From positions 25,171-89,170 of the forward strand of contig JAHLVW010000025.1 in NCBI GenBank assembly GCA_019058275.1: 64,000 nucleotides of DNA. Direction: 5' to 3'. A program made the position numbers and the translations under genes. Below the pieces are notes generated by a model, which saw only the letters and a program-made list of their open reading frames with translations, was not told where the DNA came from and did no database searches. This stretch comes from Candidatus Heimdallarchaeota archaeon. GTDB lineage: Archaea; Asgardarchaeota; Heimdallarchaeia; JABLTI01. Below, one piece after another: positions 50,948 through 61,101 of the stretch. Position 1 is the stretch's first letter. The number at the start of each line of letters is the position of its first letter.

Positions 50948-51501
50948 ATGAAATTATCTGAGTGGGCAAAACAAAAAGGAGTATCAAACAAGACTGCTTG
51001 GCGATTAGTGCGAGCAGGGATTTTCCCGAACAAATAGGACAACTTCCAACAGGAACTTATATCATTGGGGAAAAGGAAACAAAAACAATACCCCAACAAG
51101 GAGCAGTATATGCAAGAGTATCCTCACACGACCAAAAAGAGGATTTGCAACGACAATTACAACGATTACGAGAATATGCAAAAAGCAATCAACTAATAAG
51201 AAGAAAAGAAGTATTTGAAATTGCTTCAGGATTAAATGGTCATAGAAGGAAGCTTACAAGACTTCTAGCTGATTCTTCAATTAGTTTTATCATTGTAGAA
51301 CATCGAGATAGATTAACCCTGTTTGGATTTGAGTATTTGCAAGCAGCATTAAAAGCGACAAAGCGAAGGATCATTGTCATGAACCCTGTGCAATGCAAAG
51401 ATGATCTCGTACAAGATATGATTGATATACTCACTTCTTTTTGTGCCAGACTTTACAGGCAAAGATCAGCACGAAACAGAAAGAAGAAAAATGCAAAGTA
51501 A
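50948..51501 (+). mobile_element. tnpA: IS607-family serine transposase (tnpA) remnant, frameshifted, with no adjacent tnpB
   Basis: ATG 50948 gives MKLSEWAKQKGVSNKTAWR (HTH), frameshift ~51025, then YARVSS..Q..DL.RQ, EIASGLN, EHRDRL, DDLVQDMIDILTSFCARLY. Confidence 0.85.
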
Positions 51502-51625
51502 AACAACACTCTCTTCACCAGAGAATAAAGGAATAGGTGTTTTAGCACTTTTTAAAGAAAAAACGCAGAGAAATAGCTAGAGGAAAAAAGTATACAGTAC
51601 ATACACAAATAAGCAGGTAAAAGAA

Positions 51626-52540
51626 ATGACAGAAGACGAACAAAAGGGAGAATTTGACTCACTCTTAGTAAAAGCATCTCTTATGGAATCTCAACTTGAA
51701 ATCCAAGAGGTATCAGATGAGTCATTTAATTTATACCAAGAAGATATCGGGTTCATTATGGCTTTTGATACTTTACTAGAGCATCAAAAATTAACTTCAA
51801 CTATGAAGATACGATTCGATTTTTTAGGATTAGTTACAACAAAAGAAGAGGAAATCGCAAGGAACGGAAAACATTATTTGAAAATTCAATTACAAGACAT
51901 TCATGGAAAAACAATCAATCTCTGCGTCTTTGAGGAAACACCTCATTTTTGTTCTGTGCAAGAATTTACAGAGCGTTATCTATTAAGCGAAGAGCAATCA
52001 TTGATATTCATTCAATCGCTGCAGTGGGATGGTAAATATCTCTCAGCAGACAAGTGGACATTACTTGAAAACGGTGAGCAACACCCACAAGCAAAAGTCT
52101 ACAAACAAGTAGAAGAGTACCTTTCGCTAAAATTTCTACCAAAAAAGAATAAAAATTTAGCATTGGCTATAAGCAATTCTTTCTTACAAGCAGAGGAACT
52201 AGTTCACAGAGTTCTAACTTTACTTGAAAAACAGAAAGCAGTAGGTGATTTGGAATCGGAAGAACACGCAAGCACTTTGCTAAGTAAAATAGCTGAAATT
52301 GTCTATGCAAAAACATACACTGGTACGAGCTATCTTCTCCAAGGAGAACCACAAGCAAAGATAACAGATGAGTATGCAAATTATTTCTCGGGGCAATTAC
52401 AAACAATTCTTGGGATGATAAAGAACTCGAAGCGTCAATCATTCAGAGAAATTGCATTACTCTGTATACTTGAGCGGTGGCGAAGAGAAGTGATCTCGCT
52501 TCACGAATTTGAAAGACTACAGAAACAAGACAAATCTTGA
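51626..52540 (+). CDS. OB-fold-containing protein
   Basis: 'GLVTTKEE..ARNGKHYLKIQLQDIHGKTINLCVF' resembles nucleic-acid-binding OB folds. Confidence 0.55.
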   Translation: MTEDEQKGEFDSLLVKASLMESQLEIQEVSDESFNLYQEDIGFIMAFDTLLEHQKLTSTMKIRFDFLGLVTTKEEEIARNGKHYLKIQLQDIHGKTINLCVFEETPHFCSVQEFTERYLLSEEQSLIFIQSLQWDGKYLSADKWTLLENGEQHPQAKVYKQVEEYLSLKFLPKKNKNLALAISNSFLQAEELVHRVLTLLEKQKAVGDLESEEHASTLLSKIAEIVYAKTYTGTSYLLQGEPQAKITDEYANYFSGQLQTILGMIKNSKRQSFREIALLCILERWRREVISLHEFERLQKQDKS

Positions 52541-52550
52541 GCAGATAACT

Positions 52551-53615
52551 ATGACCCAAGTGCATAAACAAGCGAGTCAAGAGGAAAACAATTATTTACC
52601 CATCGAAGATTTTCTGCTTTGGGCAGAGCAGAAAAGTTATGAAATTCCAATAGAAGTTCAAGAACGTCTTCTTAGTTTTCCTTGGCTCAAAGACACGAGA
52701 GCATTGAAATGCTTATTTGGCTCACAATTAGTTAAATTCGTGGGTTTGACAGAAAAGCAATTAGAATTACTGATCGGGATATATCTTCAATTCTCCCCTG
52801 TAATATTAAGGTCTCTTACCGAGTTGGATGCTGAAACTTCTTTATTCTTTTCCACTGGTTCCAAGAATGTTGACGAATTATTAAAAGGAGGAATCGAGAC
52901 GGGGCATCTCTTCGAGTTTACAGGACCACCAGCATCTGGTAAAACACAATTTTGTTACGCAACATTGTTATCTTGTTACAGCCAAAAAAATGATGAGCAA
53001 CAAGGGAATTCTATCATCTGGTTAGACACAGAGCATTCGCTTTTACCGTCGAAAGTCAAAGACACGATCAAAAAGCTACAACAAAATGATAAGCATCTCT
53101 TCAAATTTGTGAGGATCCGTACTTTCCCTGAATTTCTGCAAGCAATGTTAGAGCTGTTGAAATTTTGCCAGAGCGAATACAATCTGCGTTTGATCATCAT
53201 TGATTCGCTTATAGCGCCTTTTGATCGGCATTACCAACAAGATTTTCCAGCTAGAGCACAAGCATTACGTGAATTAATAGGATTCTTGAAAGATGTTTGC
53301 AGAGTTTTTAATTGTGCAATAATAATAACAAATCAAGTTCGAAAACCACACACAGATGCTGAGAAAGAAACAGGAGAAAAACACTTGCCTTTAGGTGGAT
53401 TCGCTTTTGCTCATGCTACTGAGAATCGGTTTCTGATTGAACCTTTAGAGGGGCGAAGAAAAAAACTGAAAGTGTTAGACAGTTCTTATCTTCCTAATGG
53501 TGAAACCATTTTTTACCTTAACAAAGAAGGCATAGCGGATGTGGCGAATAATAACTTTCTGGACAAGCAAGAAACTTGTCTCGATTCTTCTAAAGAGAAA
53601 AGAATTTTTGACTAA
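52551..53615 (+). CDS. RadA/Rad51-like ATPase paralog
   Basis: STGSKNVDELLKGGIETG, GPPASGKTQ, LIIIDS, ITNQV, PLGG..AHA, DSSYLP. Confidence 0.85.
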   Translation: MTQVHKQASQEENNYLPIEDFLLWAEQKSYEIPIEVQERLLSFPWLKDTRALKCLFGSQLVKFVGLTEKQLELLIGIYLQFSPVILRSLTELDAETSLFFSTGSKNVDELLKGGIETGHLFEFTGPPASGKTQFCYATLLSCYSQKNDEQQGNSIIWLDTEHSLLPSKVKDTIKKLQQNDKHLFKFVRIRTFPEFLQAMLELLKFCQSEYNLRLIIIDSLIAPFDRHYQQDFPARAQALRELIGFLKDVCRVFNCAIIITNQVRKPHTDAEKETGEKHLPLGGFAFAHATENRFLIEPLEGRRKKLKVLDSSYLPNGETIFYLNKEGIADVANNNFLDKQETCLDSSKEKRIFD

Positions 53616-53638
53616 CGAATAGGAGGAACTTATTACAA

Positions 53639-56600
53639 ATGGTGACTTCATAAAAGAGCACTATTACACTCCCGGAATTATTATTCGAACATTTCACAGA
53701 ATTATACACTACAGAGGATGCAACTACACTCCTAGTTTATAACAAGCTCACTAATGAGTACTCAAAAGAAGAGATTCGAAGGATAATTGAAGATCCATCT
53801 TTGCGGTCAATAAGATGTTCAAGTAATGAACATGCTATTGATCTACTAATCCTACGTGCTCTGGGATTAGTGGAGAAAAAGAAAGAACCTGTGGTACTCG
53901 TTGTTAAATCTACACAGAAAGCGAAAGAAGTCCTTGCCTTGCTTGATGAACAATTAGCTACTGCCAAGATTGCTAATCTGTTCACACAGATAAAACGGAA
54001 AAGGAATTTTACAATTTATGGCAATCCTGATTTCATCATTTGCTCGTATCAAAAATTATACCATCTATTAACAAAGACAAACTCAGATAAAAAGAATCAA
54101 ATAAAAAAGGAACGATTAAAGGTTTCAGGAGTAGTTTTTCTTACACCACTTTCGCGAACAAATTACCGAATAGAGTGCATCCTTCTCGACCAGATCCTTA
54201 ACGTGCTTCCAAAAAGGTCTGCTTACACCTTCATTCATGGCGAAGAACTCTGTTTTCGAAAAGAAGATTTGGAATGGTTGATTCAAGGTCCAGCTATCGT
54301 GTATAAAAATGAAGATTATTCTCGTCGTGATCTTTTGAAAGATTTTCGATTGAACATCTTTGAGGATCGAAATCTTGTTGCTGCAGCAAGAAGAGAAAAC
54401 GATTTTTCTGGTATGTGTGGTGCTTCCTATCTCCTTATACTTATTCTTTCCGCAACTTTTCACCGTCGAAAGAACCTCAAAGAGCTAAAGATAATAGTAA
54501 AACAAAGTATTAGCTATAAGCTATGGTTTGCATTCGAAGAAGCACTTCTTAAAGATCCTGATGAAATTATTACTTACAGCATAAACTATCAGCTCTGGCT
54601 AATCCTTGATTATCTATCAAGAAAGTGCAAAGTTAAATTAGTCGAGCTAAAAGAAAATGGTTACTATTATCTAACAAGTGAAGGGCACCAATTTTTCCAT
54701 CGTTTTTGCTTCAGTGATGGGTTAACTGTTTCACTATTTTATGTTTTACATGCTTTATCTAAAAAACTTGAGAAAGGGTATCTCACAGCCAAAGATTTAG
54801 AGAACCTTTTGAATGATTTCATTGACCTAAATATTATCTGGGATGTGTTCTATTTAGACGATAATAAAGCAGCAAACTACGAAGTTCAAAAAGCTTTGAA
54901 CAATAACTATGCTTTTCGATCTGCTCATGACATTTTCGAAGGATTAGATGTAGATTTTGGTCTCTTAGCCGAGGATGCTAAAAGAAGTCTTGCCGCTCAA
55001 AAAAGTATTCTAAGAGAACAGAACGATTTCAAGTACTCTTCTAAGCAAATGGAGGATCAAATACATTCAGAGGAAGATGATGAAACGATTATTGAGAGTA
55101 TTGATGAACCGAAAATAACAAAGATCTATTCCAAAAAATTTCTAGAAAATTTCATCCTGAAGATTGTCTCTCAAGAGAACATCACACCTCAAAGAATAAC
55201 TGAATTAGCAATTAAAACAGGTATTGGTAAACAACACATAAAAAACACATTGATTAAATTAGAACAAAAAGGTGAGTGCCAAAAGATCTCAACAAAAGGG
55301 GTTCACTGTGATGAAGTGATTTATGGTATTGAAGAAAATCTTCTTGCAGAACCCCATCTTTCCGAAACTTGTGATACTTGTGTTTCCATTGATCAAAAAA
55401 TCAGACTGTGTACTATTAATCGTTTATTGATGGAGGTTGCTTACAGCTCACTCAAGAAGATCTATTGAGAGCTACCAATCGCATACTAGAAAATATCAGA
55501 GCATGTGGTATGTATAAAAAAGCGGAAGATAATAGAGATTTCACATTAAGTCGTACAGAATTTGGAACATATACACGAAAGAACTCAACCGTACTATCAG
55601 CTATCAATAAAGATTTTCAAACACAAAACCAACACCTTTGCTTGTTTTGTATACAAAAGATTAAAGCCTTGGGTTCATTGGAGGAACCCTTTTTCCCTTC
55701 AAAAACAATAACTTGTTCAAACTGTAATTCCAAATATATCTACAATGCTAATAGAGATAAAGTTCGTTGTATAAGTGATGACCGAAATGTCAATCGCTCA
55801 ATTATCATCAATAAGCTCGCTTATGTACCTGAAATTTTGAAGCAGAAAGAAGAACGTATTCCTCTTACAATTTATGATACTGATAATCTTGAATTAATAA
55901 AGAATACGGATTCTTCTACTGACATACAAGAAGATAACTTCAGGGTTTATTATCTAATTTTTAATGAGAGAAAGTATATTTTGTCAGAGATTGAACGAGT
56001 TTATTTTCAAGGGAACAAGTATCCCGAGATAGAAGAAGCATTAAAACAATTAGGCTTCACTCGGATGTATCGTAAACAAACAAAAAAACTAGATTCCAAA
56101 GAAGAACTCCAAGAAAAGAAAAACATCGAAATTGCTACACTAGATAAAGTTACAAAAAAACGATATCAACGAATAATTGAGTTATTACGAAACGAAAGCG
56201 TGATGATAAATTCTTCTTTACAAAGCAAAATTAATTCCGTGATCACTTTCATCTTAGCCTTTAGTAAAAGTCAAAAACAAGGGAAAAAGAACAAAAAAAC
56301 TAATTTTAACAAAGAACTTGGTGAGTGCATCAAAATACTCATACGAGCAAAAGATAATGTTAATGATCCTGAAGCAGCAAGGACTCTTGAAGGGCAAGCA
56401 TTTAATCAAGCATTTAAAATTTTGAAGGGTGTAGGACGAAAAGCAGGTATACGTTCCTGGGGACGAGTTGTAAGCAGGTTGGTCACATGGTTAGTCTTTG
56501 CTACATTTACACGCACTTGCGCCTATTCCAAAATGGATGCCATGTTGAACCATCTCTTCAAAATCGTGCTCAACGAATTAAAAGAAGTTCATCAAAAAAC

Positions 56601-57739
56601 AGGTATAGATGTAGACTTTGGTCCGGGTTTACTTCACTATCGTGAAAGCAAATCGGATATTGATAGAATTGGTTTGTTCCTTGATCTTGTTGACTTTGTT
56701 CGATTACTAGGCATTTTTGTACTTGCAGAAGCAATAAGCAACAAAGAAATCACTAGTAAAGATTGCCGACTCTTCCTTGGTCGAGGGGCTATTCCTCTTT
56801 ATGATATTGAAATTCCTTCTTTAAAGAAATTTGAAATGCTTGCAGAGCGTGTTTTGAGCTTCAAGATTAATTATAAGGATCAAGATGTTCCACTTAAAGA
56901 TGCTTATGAAGATTATTTGAACTCATTTCGACTTTTCTTGGATTATTTATCAAAATTCGATGTTAACTATTTGACTCAACTTTCACAGAATGAGTTGACT
57001 GAAATTGTTAATGAATGTTTATTGAGAAACTAATTGCCAAGCAATTAGTTTCTCAATAAAGGATTTTGATCAAAAAATAGAAGCAATCGATCTTTGCTCT
57101 CAGGAATGGAAATTTCTCTATAAAGGTTATGAAGACAAATTCCTTGCTCGGAAAAAAGCTCGGGAAGATTTTCGAAGAGAAGCAATGACTAATCTTTTCA
57201 GTCTCGAAGAAAAAACTGTTGACTTATATTATAACTCTACTTTAGAAAGATATCAACCCTCACTTTCAAAATATCAGAAACGAGAGCGGCGATGGATGTT
57301 TTATGTCCTTTTAATTCTGGCTATAAAATATAGAGAGGATCAAAGGTTTGTAGGTTACACAATAAAAGAACTGATGAATATATTTGGATTAAAATATAAA
57401 AAAACTAGATTGCTTTTAATGAAAATGATTAATAAAAATATGTTAAGACGAACTAAAGGATTAAACAAGAATTATTTTTACTATTTAAATATTGAAAATA
57501 GAATTAATGAATTACTTATTGATTTCTTAGATTTCGATTTGGAAAATGAGATTGATGATATAAATGAGATTAATGGCAAGAATTCAAAATTTTTGTTTTT
57601 GATAATAAGGCAATATATAACGGATTTTCTAGAAAAAAATCGGATATTAGGAATTGAACACAAATCTTCAACCTTTGAAGATAAGGCAAGAGAAATTTTA
57701 GTCCAGATAAACAAAAGGATGGACATGCAATATGGTTGA
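53639..57739 (+). pseudogene. Giant Cas1 fusion (degenerate SF2-helicase-like + wHTH + Cys-rich Zn + Cas1 + wHTH), ~1360 codons, three lesions
   Basis: AGGAGG then ATG 53639; TAA at codon 5; frameshifts ~55465 and ~57030; Cas1 motifs RTLEG, DAMLNH, GLLH, LFLDLVDFVR. Confidence 0.75.
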
Positions 57740-60158
57740 AGATAAAAGTCTAAATAAAAATGAAGGTGCACCAATTTGGTTAAAACAAGCTTATCGAGAA
57801 TCTTCAAAGCACAATGCTCGCTACAAAAACATAACTACCCTCCAACCATGTTCTCCAGCGAATGGCTTTAAGAAATGGACTGAGCTTGGACTAGCTCCTT
57901 CACTTGGAACTATTGCAGCAGAAATAACAAGCAGTGATTATCCTTATTTACATCAACAAGAAACGATAACTAGTCTACTTTCAGAAGAAACAAAACAAAA
58001 ACCAATAATTCTTAGAGGTGGAACCGGTTCTGGAAAATCTTTGGCTTTCCTCCTACCTGCAATTTCATTAATCCTTCATGGAAAAATTGATTTCGTTGTG
58101 GTTTTTTATCCTATGAAGCAATTGATAGAAGACCAATTCTTTAATCTGAAAAAAATCTTGTTAAAAATTTATGAACAAACAGGGCAACTAATAACTACAA
58201 AAACCTATTATGGAGAACAAGGCTTAGGTGCTGAAGAAAAAGATGCCTGGGAAAAAGAACTGCAAGAAACAGAACAAAACCCCCCAAATATCCTTTTAGC
58301 GACATTTGACAAGGTTTTTTATCAATTAACCCATAACCAAGAAAAAGATTGCTTGCTTCAAAATAAAATACAAAATGCTCCGTATCTTGTTTTTGATGAA
58401 ATACATGCTTTGAAAGGATTACCAGCTGCATATATTCGTAATTTTCTTCGAATCCATAAAATGAGAAATCCTGATTGTCGAATTATTTTATCCACAGCAA
58501 CGGTGGCAGCAGTAAAACAATTCAGCAAGCAATTTCTCACCTTGAAATCCGGATTAATTAATAATCCTGAAGCGGTGATTATTGATAGTAATCCTGTAAG
58601 AGGAACGATCCATGTACGAGCAGTTATGTCTGAGAGCTTCTTACCTTTGTTAACTATGATCGAAAAAGAACTACCTAAAGGCACTACAGCCTTTGTTTTT
58701 ATAGATTCAAAAATAAAGATCGAGCATTACGCAAACATGCTTGGATTAAAACTTCGAAAGGATCAAGCACTTTATGACTTAGGGAAGATATGTGTTCTAC
58801 ACGCGAACCTACACCAAAAGATCAGAAAACAAGCTCTAATTAATGTGCGAAACGGAAAAGTAAAGTTCGTCTTTACTTCAGCAGTTTCAGAATTAGGATT
58901 AAATTTTCAAAATATTCAAACTATCATCAATGTTGGTTGGCCTGTAAGTGGCAAAGATGGATTATTACAGCGAATTGCTCGAGTGCGAGCAAAAACTGCT
59001 GAACAGAGGGTTATTTACTTGGTGTTCGACCTTGAAAATCCAAGAGATAAACTATACTATTCAAACCTTTCCATTATTAAGGAGGTTCTTGAAGAGTATC
59101 AATGCACGCCGATACTATATCCTGAGAGAAACCAGAAAGTAATAACTACAACTATCCTTCTTCTACTAATTTATGGTTACAAAAAATATTCTGAGATTAT
59201 TGCTTTTTTTGGTAGTGAATTACAAATAAGTGTTGAAAAATGTATTACTGAACTTCTTTGTCATGCAATCATCCAAAAAAATGATCAATTATTATCACTA
59301 GCTGAAACTAATTCAAAGGCATTCAGAAAATTAATAGCTGGTAGTATTCGTGCTATCGCTGAAAACTGGAAAATAACACACCAAGAAGGCTCTGTAGAAA
59401 GAGTTTTAGGTTTTGCTTCACCAGAGGAAATCATTCGTGGGGAATTACCAGGTAATATTCTATTAATCAATAAGAGTCCTTATCTCGTGATATCATTTGA
59501 TAAAAACCAGAAAAAAATCTGTGTGGGTTTATCAACCATGAAACAAAAGGCATTGCCTTTACCTAGCAATGTTTTAGCAAGTCCTGATGTTAGAACGAGT
59601 CTATTCCCAAAGAAAAAACGATTGCCTTCTGGTCTAATATTTCAACTTGGAGAATTAATTGTCTCTAAAAAACCAAAATTAATTGCTAAATATAAACCAA
59701 GTGAAAAGGAATTCTTTCAGTATCAACCACTGAGAGATTCTGAAATAGCTGCTTATACTTTCGATGAAAAATCATATGGTATTCTAGTAAATATCACAAA
59801 AATCTTTCAGGATCCCTTGCTGAGTCTTTTCGCTAAGAACACCAAGAAAGTGTTAGCCTGTCTTGCACTAGTACTAAAAACACAGATCGAACTAACGTTG
59901 CAGATACCTCAAAGCGAGTTAGCAATTGTTTACAACGACTCTCAATTTGCTATCTATGATAAAGGAGGAAGGAATGGCAACGTGCACTATTTCTTCAAAG
60001 AATTACCTCTAGTAATTGAACAAGCAATTAATCGTCTTGTTGATTGTAGTTGCTCAGATGGTTGTGAGAAATGCTTTGGGAGAGATTTTACCAAGCTGTT
60101 ACCTAGAGGGAAAAGCAAAAAAATACTCAAGCAAATACTTGCTTGGTTGCAGGAGTGA
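57732..60158 (+). CDS. SF2 DEAD/DEAH helicase with C-terminal DUF1998-like Zn domain (YprA/MrfA-like)
   Basis: YLHQQE, GTGSGKS, YPMKQLIEDQ, DEIH, STAT, SELG, QRIAR; YDKGGRNG...CSCSDGCEKC. Confidence 0.85.
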   Translation: MVEDKSLNKNEGAPIWLKQAYRESSKHNARYKNITTLQPCSPANGFKKWTELGLAPSLGTIAAEITSSDYPYLHQQETITSLLSEETKQKPIILRGGTGSGKSLAFLLPAISLILHGKIDFVVVFYPMKQLIEDQFFNLKKILLKIYEQTGQLITTKTYYGEQGLGAEEKDAWEKELQETEQNPPNILLATFDKVFYQLTHNQEKDCLLQNKIQNAPYLVFDEIHALKGLPAAYIRNFLRIHKMRNPDCRIILSTATVAAVKQFSKQFLTLKSGLINNPEAVIIDSNPVRGTIHVRAVMSESFLPLLTMIEKELPKGTTAFVFIDSKIKIEHYANMLGLKLRKDQALYDLGKICVLHANLHQKIRKQALINVRNGKVKFVFTSAVSELGLNFQNIQTIINVGWPVSGKDGLLQRIARVRAKTAEQRVIYLVFDLENPRDKLYYSNLSIIKEVLEEYQCTPILYPERNQKVITTTILLLLIYGYKKYSEIIAFFGSELQISVEKCITELLCHAIIQKNDQLLSLAETNSKAFRKLIAGSIRAIAENWKITHQEGSVERVLGFASPEEIIRGELPGNILLINKSPYLVISFDKNQKKICVGLSTMKQKALPLPSNVLASPDVRTSLFPKKKRLPSGLIFQLGELIVSKKPKLIAKYKPSEKEFFQYQPLRDSEIAAYTFDEKSYGILVNITKIFQDPLLSLFAKNTKKVLACLALVLKTQIELTLQIPQSELAIVYNDSQFAIYDKGGRNGNVHYFFKELPLVIEQAINRLVDCSCSDGCEKCFGRDFTKLLPRGKSKKILKQILAWLQE

Positions 60159-60165
60159 GCCTTAG

Positions 60166-60801
60166 ATGAAAATCTGTGTTCTCGCAGATGTACATTTTGA
60201 TCACCCAAATTGCTATAGAGAGGAATTTTTAGAAGCGATCTCATTAATTGCACCAAAAATGGATGTAATCGTCCTTAATGGTGACTTTTTGGATAGCACT
60301 TCTAATAAAACTCGTAAACTATTCGAAGAATTTCTCGAACTTGCAAAAAAAGAAAATTTCTTGACCAAATTATTTTTCGTTCGCTCATCATCACATCACG
60401 ATGGAGTGTTAGATGAATTTTGGGATTTAGCTATGAATGATTACGCAGAATTCAGTACAAATATCGGAAAAGTCATTTGCATTCACGGGAACAAAGTAGG
60501 ATTACATCTAGATGAAAAAGGAAGTGAGGAGTTAGCAGCAATAAAAGCAAAAGAGATATTGATCGAAAAAGGCAGGAAATGGCTTCCAAAAATAACTCAG
60601 GAGCACCATGTGATTTTTAGTCACCTGCACAGAAAGTTCTACAACGAACGTAAGAGAGTTTATGGTACTGGTTGTTGGATTCCGGCAAAGGACAGAAGAA
60701 GCGAAAAAGTAACTATGATAATAGACGATGAAGACAAAAACGACACGATTAGCAACAATACTTTAGCACAATTACGTGAAAAATATCAACAAAAACATTA
60801 A
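60166..60801 (+). CDS. Calcineurin-like metallophosphoesterase
   Basis: ADVH, NGD..D, SHHD, IHG, SHLH, TGCW. Confidence 0.8.
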   Translation: MKICVLADVHFDHPNCYREEFLEAISLIAPKMDVIVLNGDFLDSTSNKTRKLFEEFLELAKKENFLTKLFFVRSSSHHDGVLDEFWDLAMNDYAEFSTNIGKVICIHGNKVGLHLDEKGSEELAAIKAKEILIEKGRKWLPKITQEHHVIFSHLHRKFYNERKRVYGTGCWIPAKDRRSEKVTMIIDDEDKNDTISNNTLAQLREKYQQKH

Positions 60802-61101
60802 GCATTTTTTTTCGGAATACAATTGAACAAATTACTTGATTTTGAATTAATAATTGCTTAAATTAAAAGAAAATTAAAGAAAAAATGCATTTTCATATAT
60901 AAACCCCCACGTTTTTAGATGTCCCTTTTAGATTATATTACAATGTAGTTTTTCATTAATTATTAATAACCAATTACCAAATCCTCAATAGCTTCTAGTT
61001 TGAGCATTTCAGAAAAACTGATTATCATTAGCAAGTAGATAGTATCATATGAATGCTCTTCTTACAAAGATATCGAAAAAAAAGGTTTGTTTTAACAATC
61101 T

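Noticed and set aside
50820-61100. Casposon with terminal inverted repeats
   Set aside because: Only a weak GCGGGGGT / ACCCCCAC match was found; there is no polB in the module, and the polB at 12-15 kb is a cellular type
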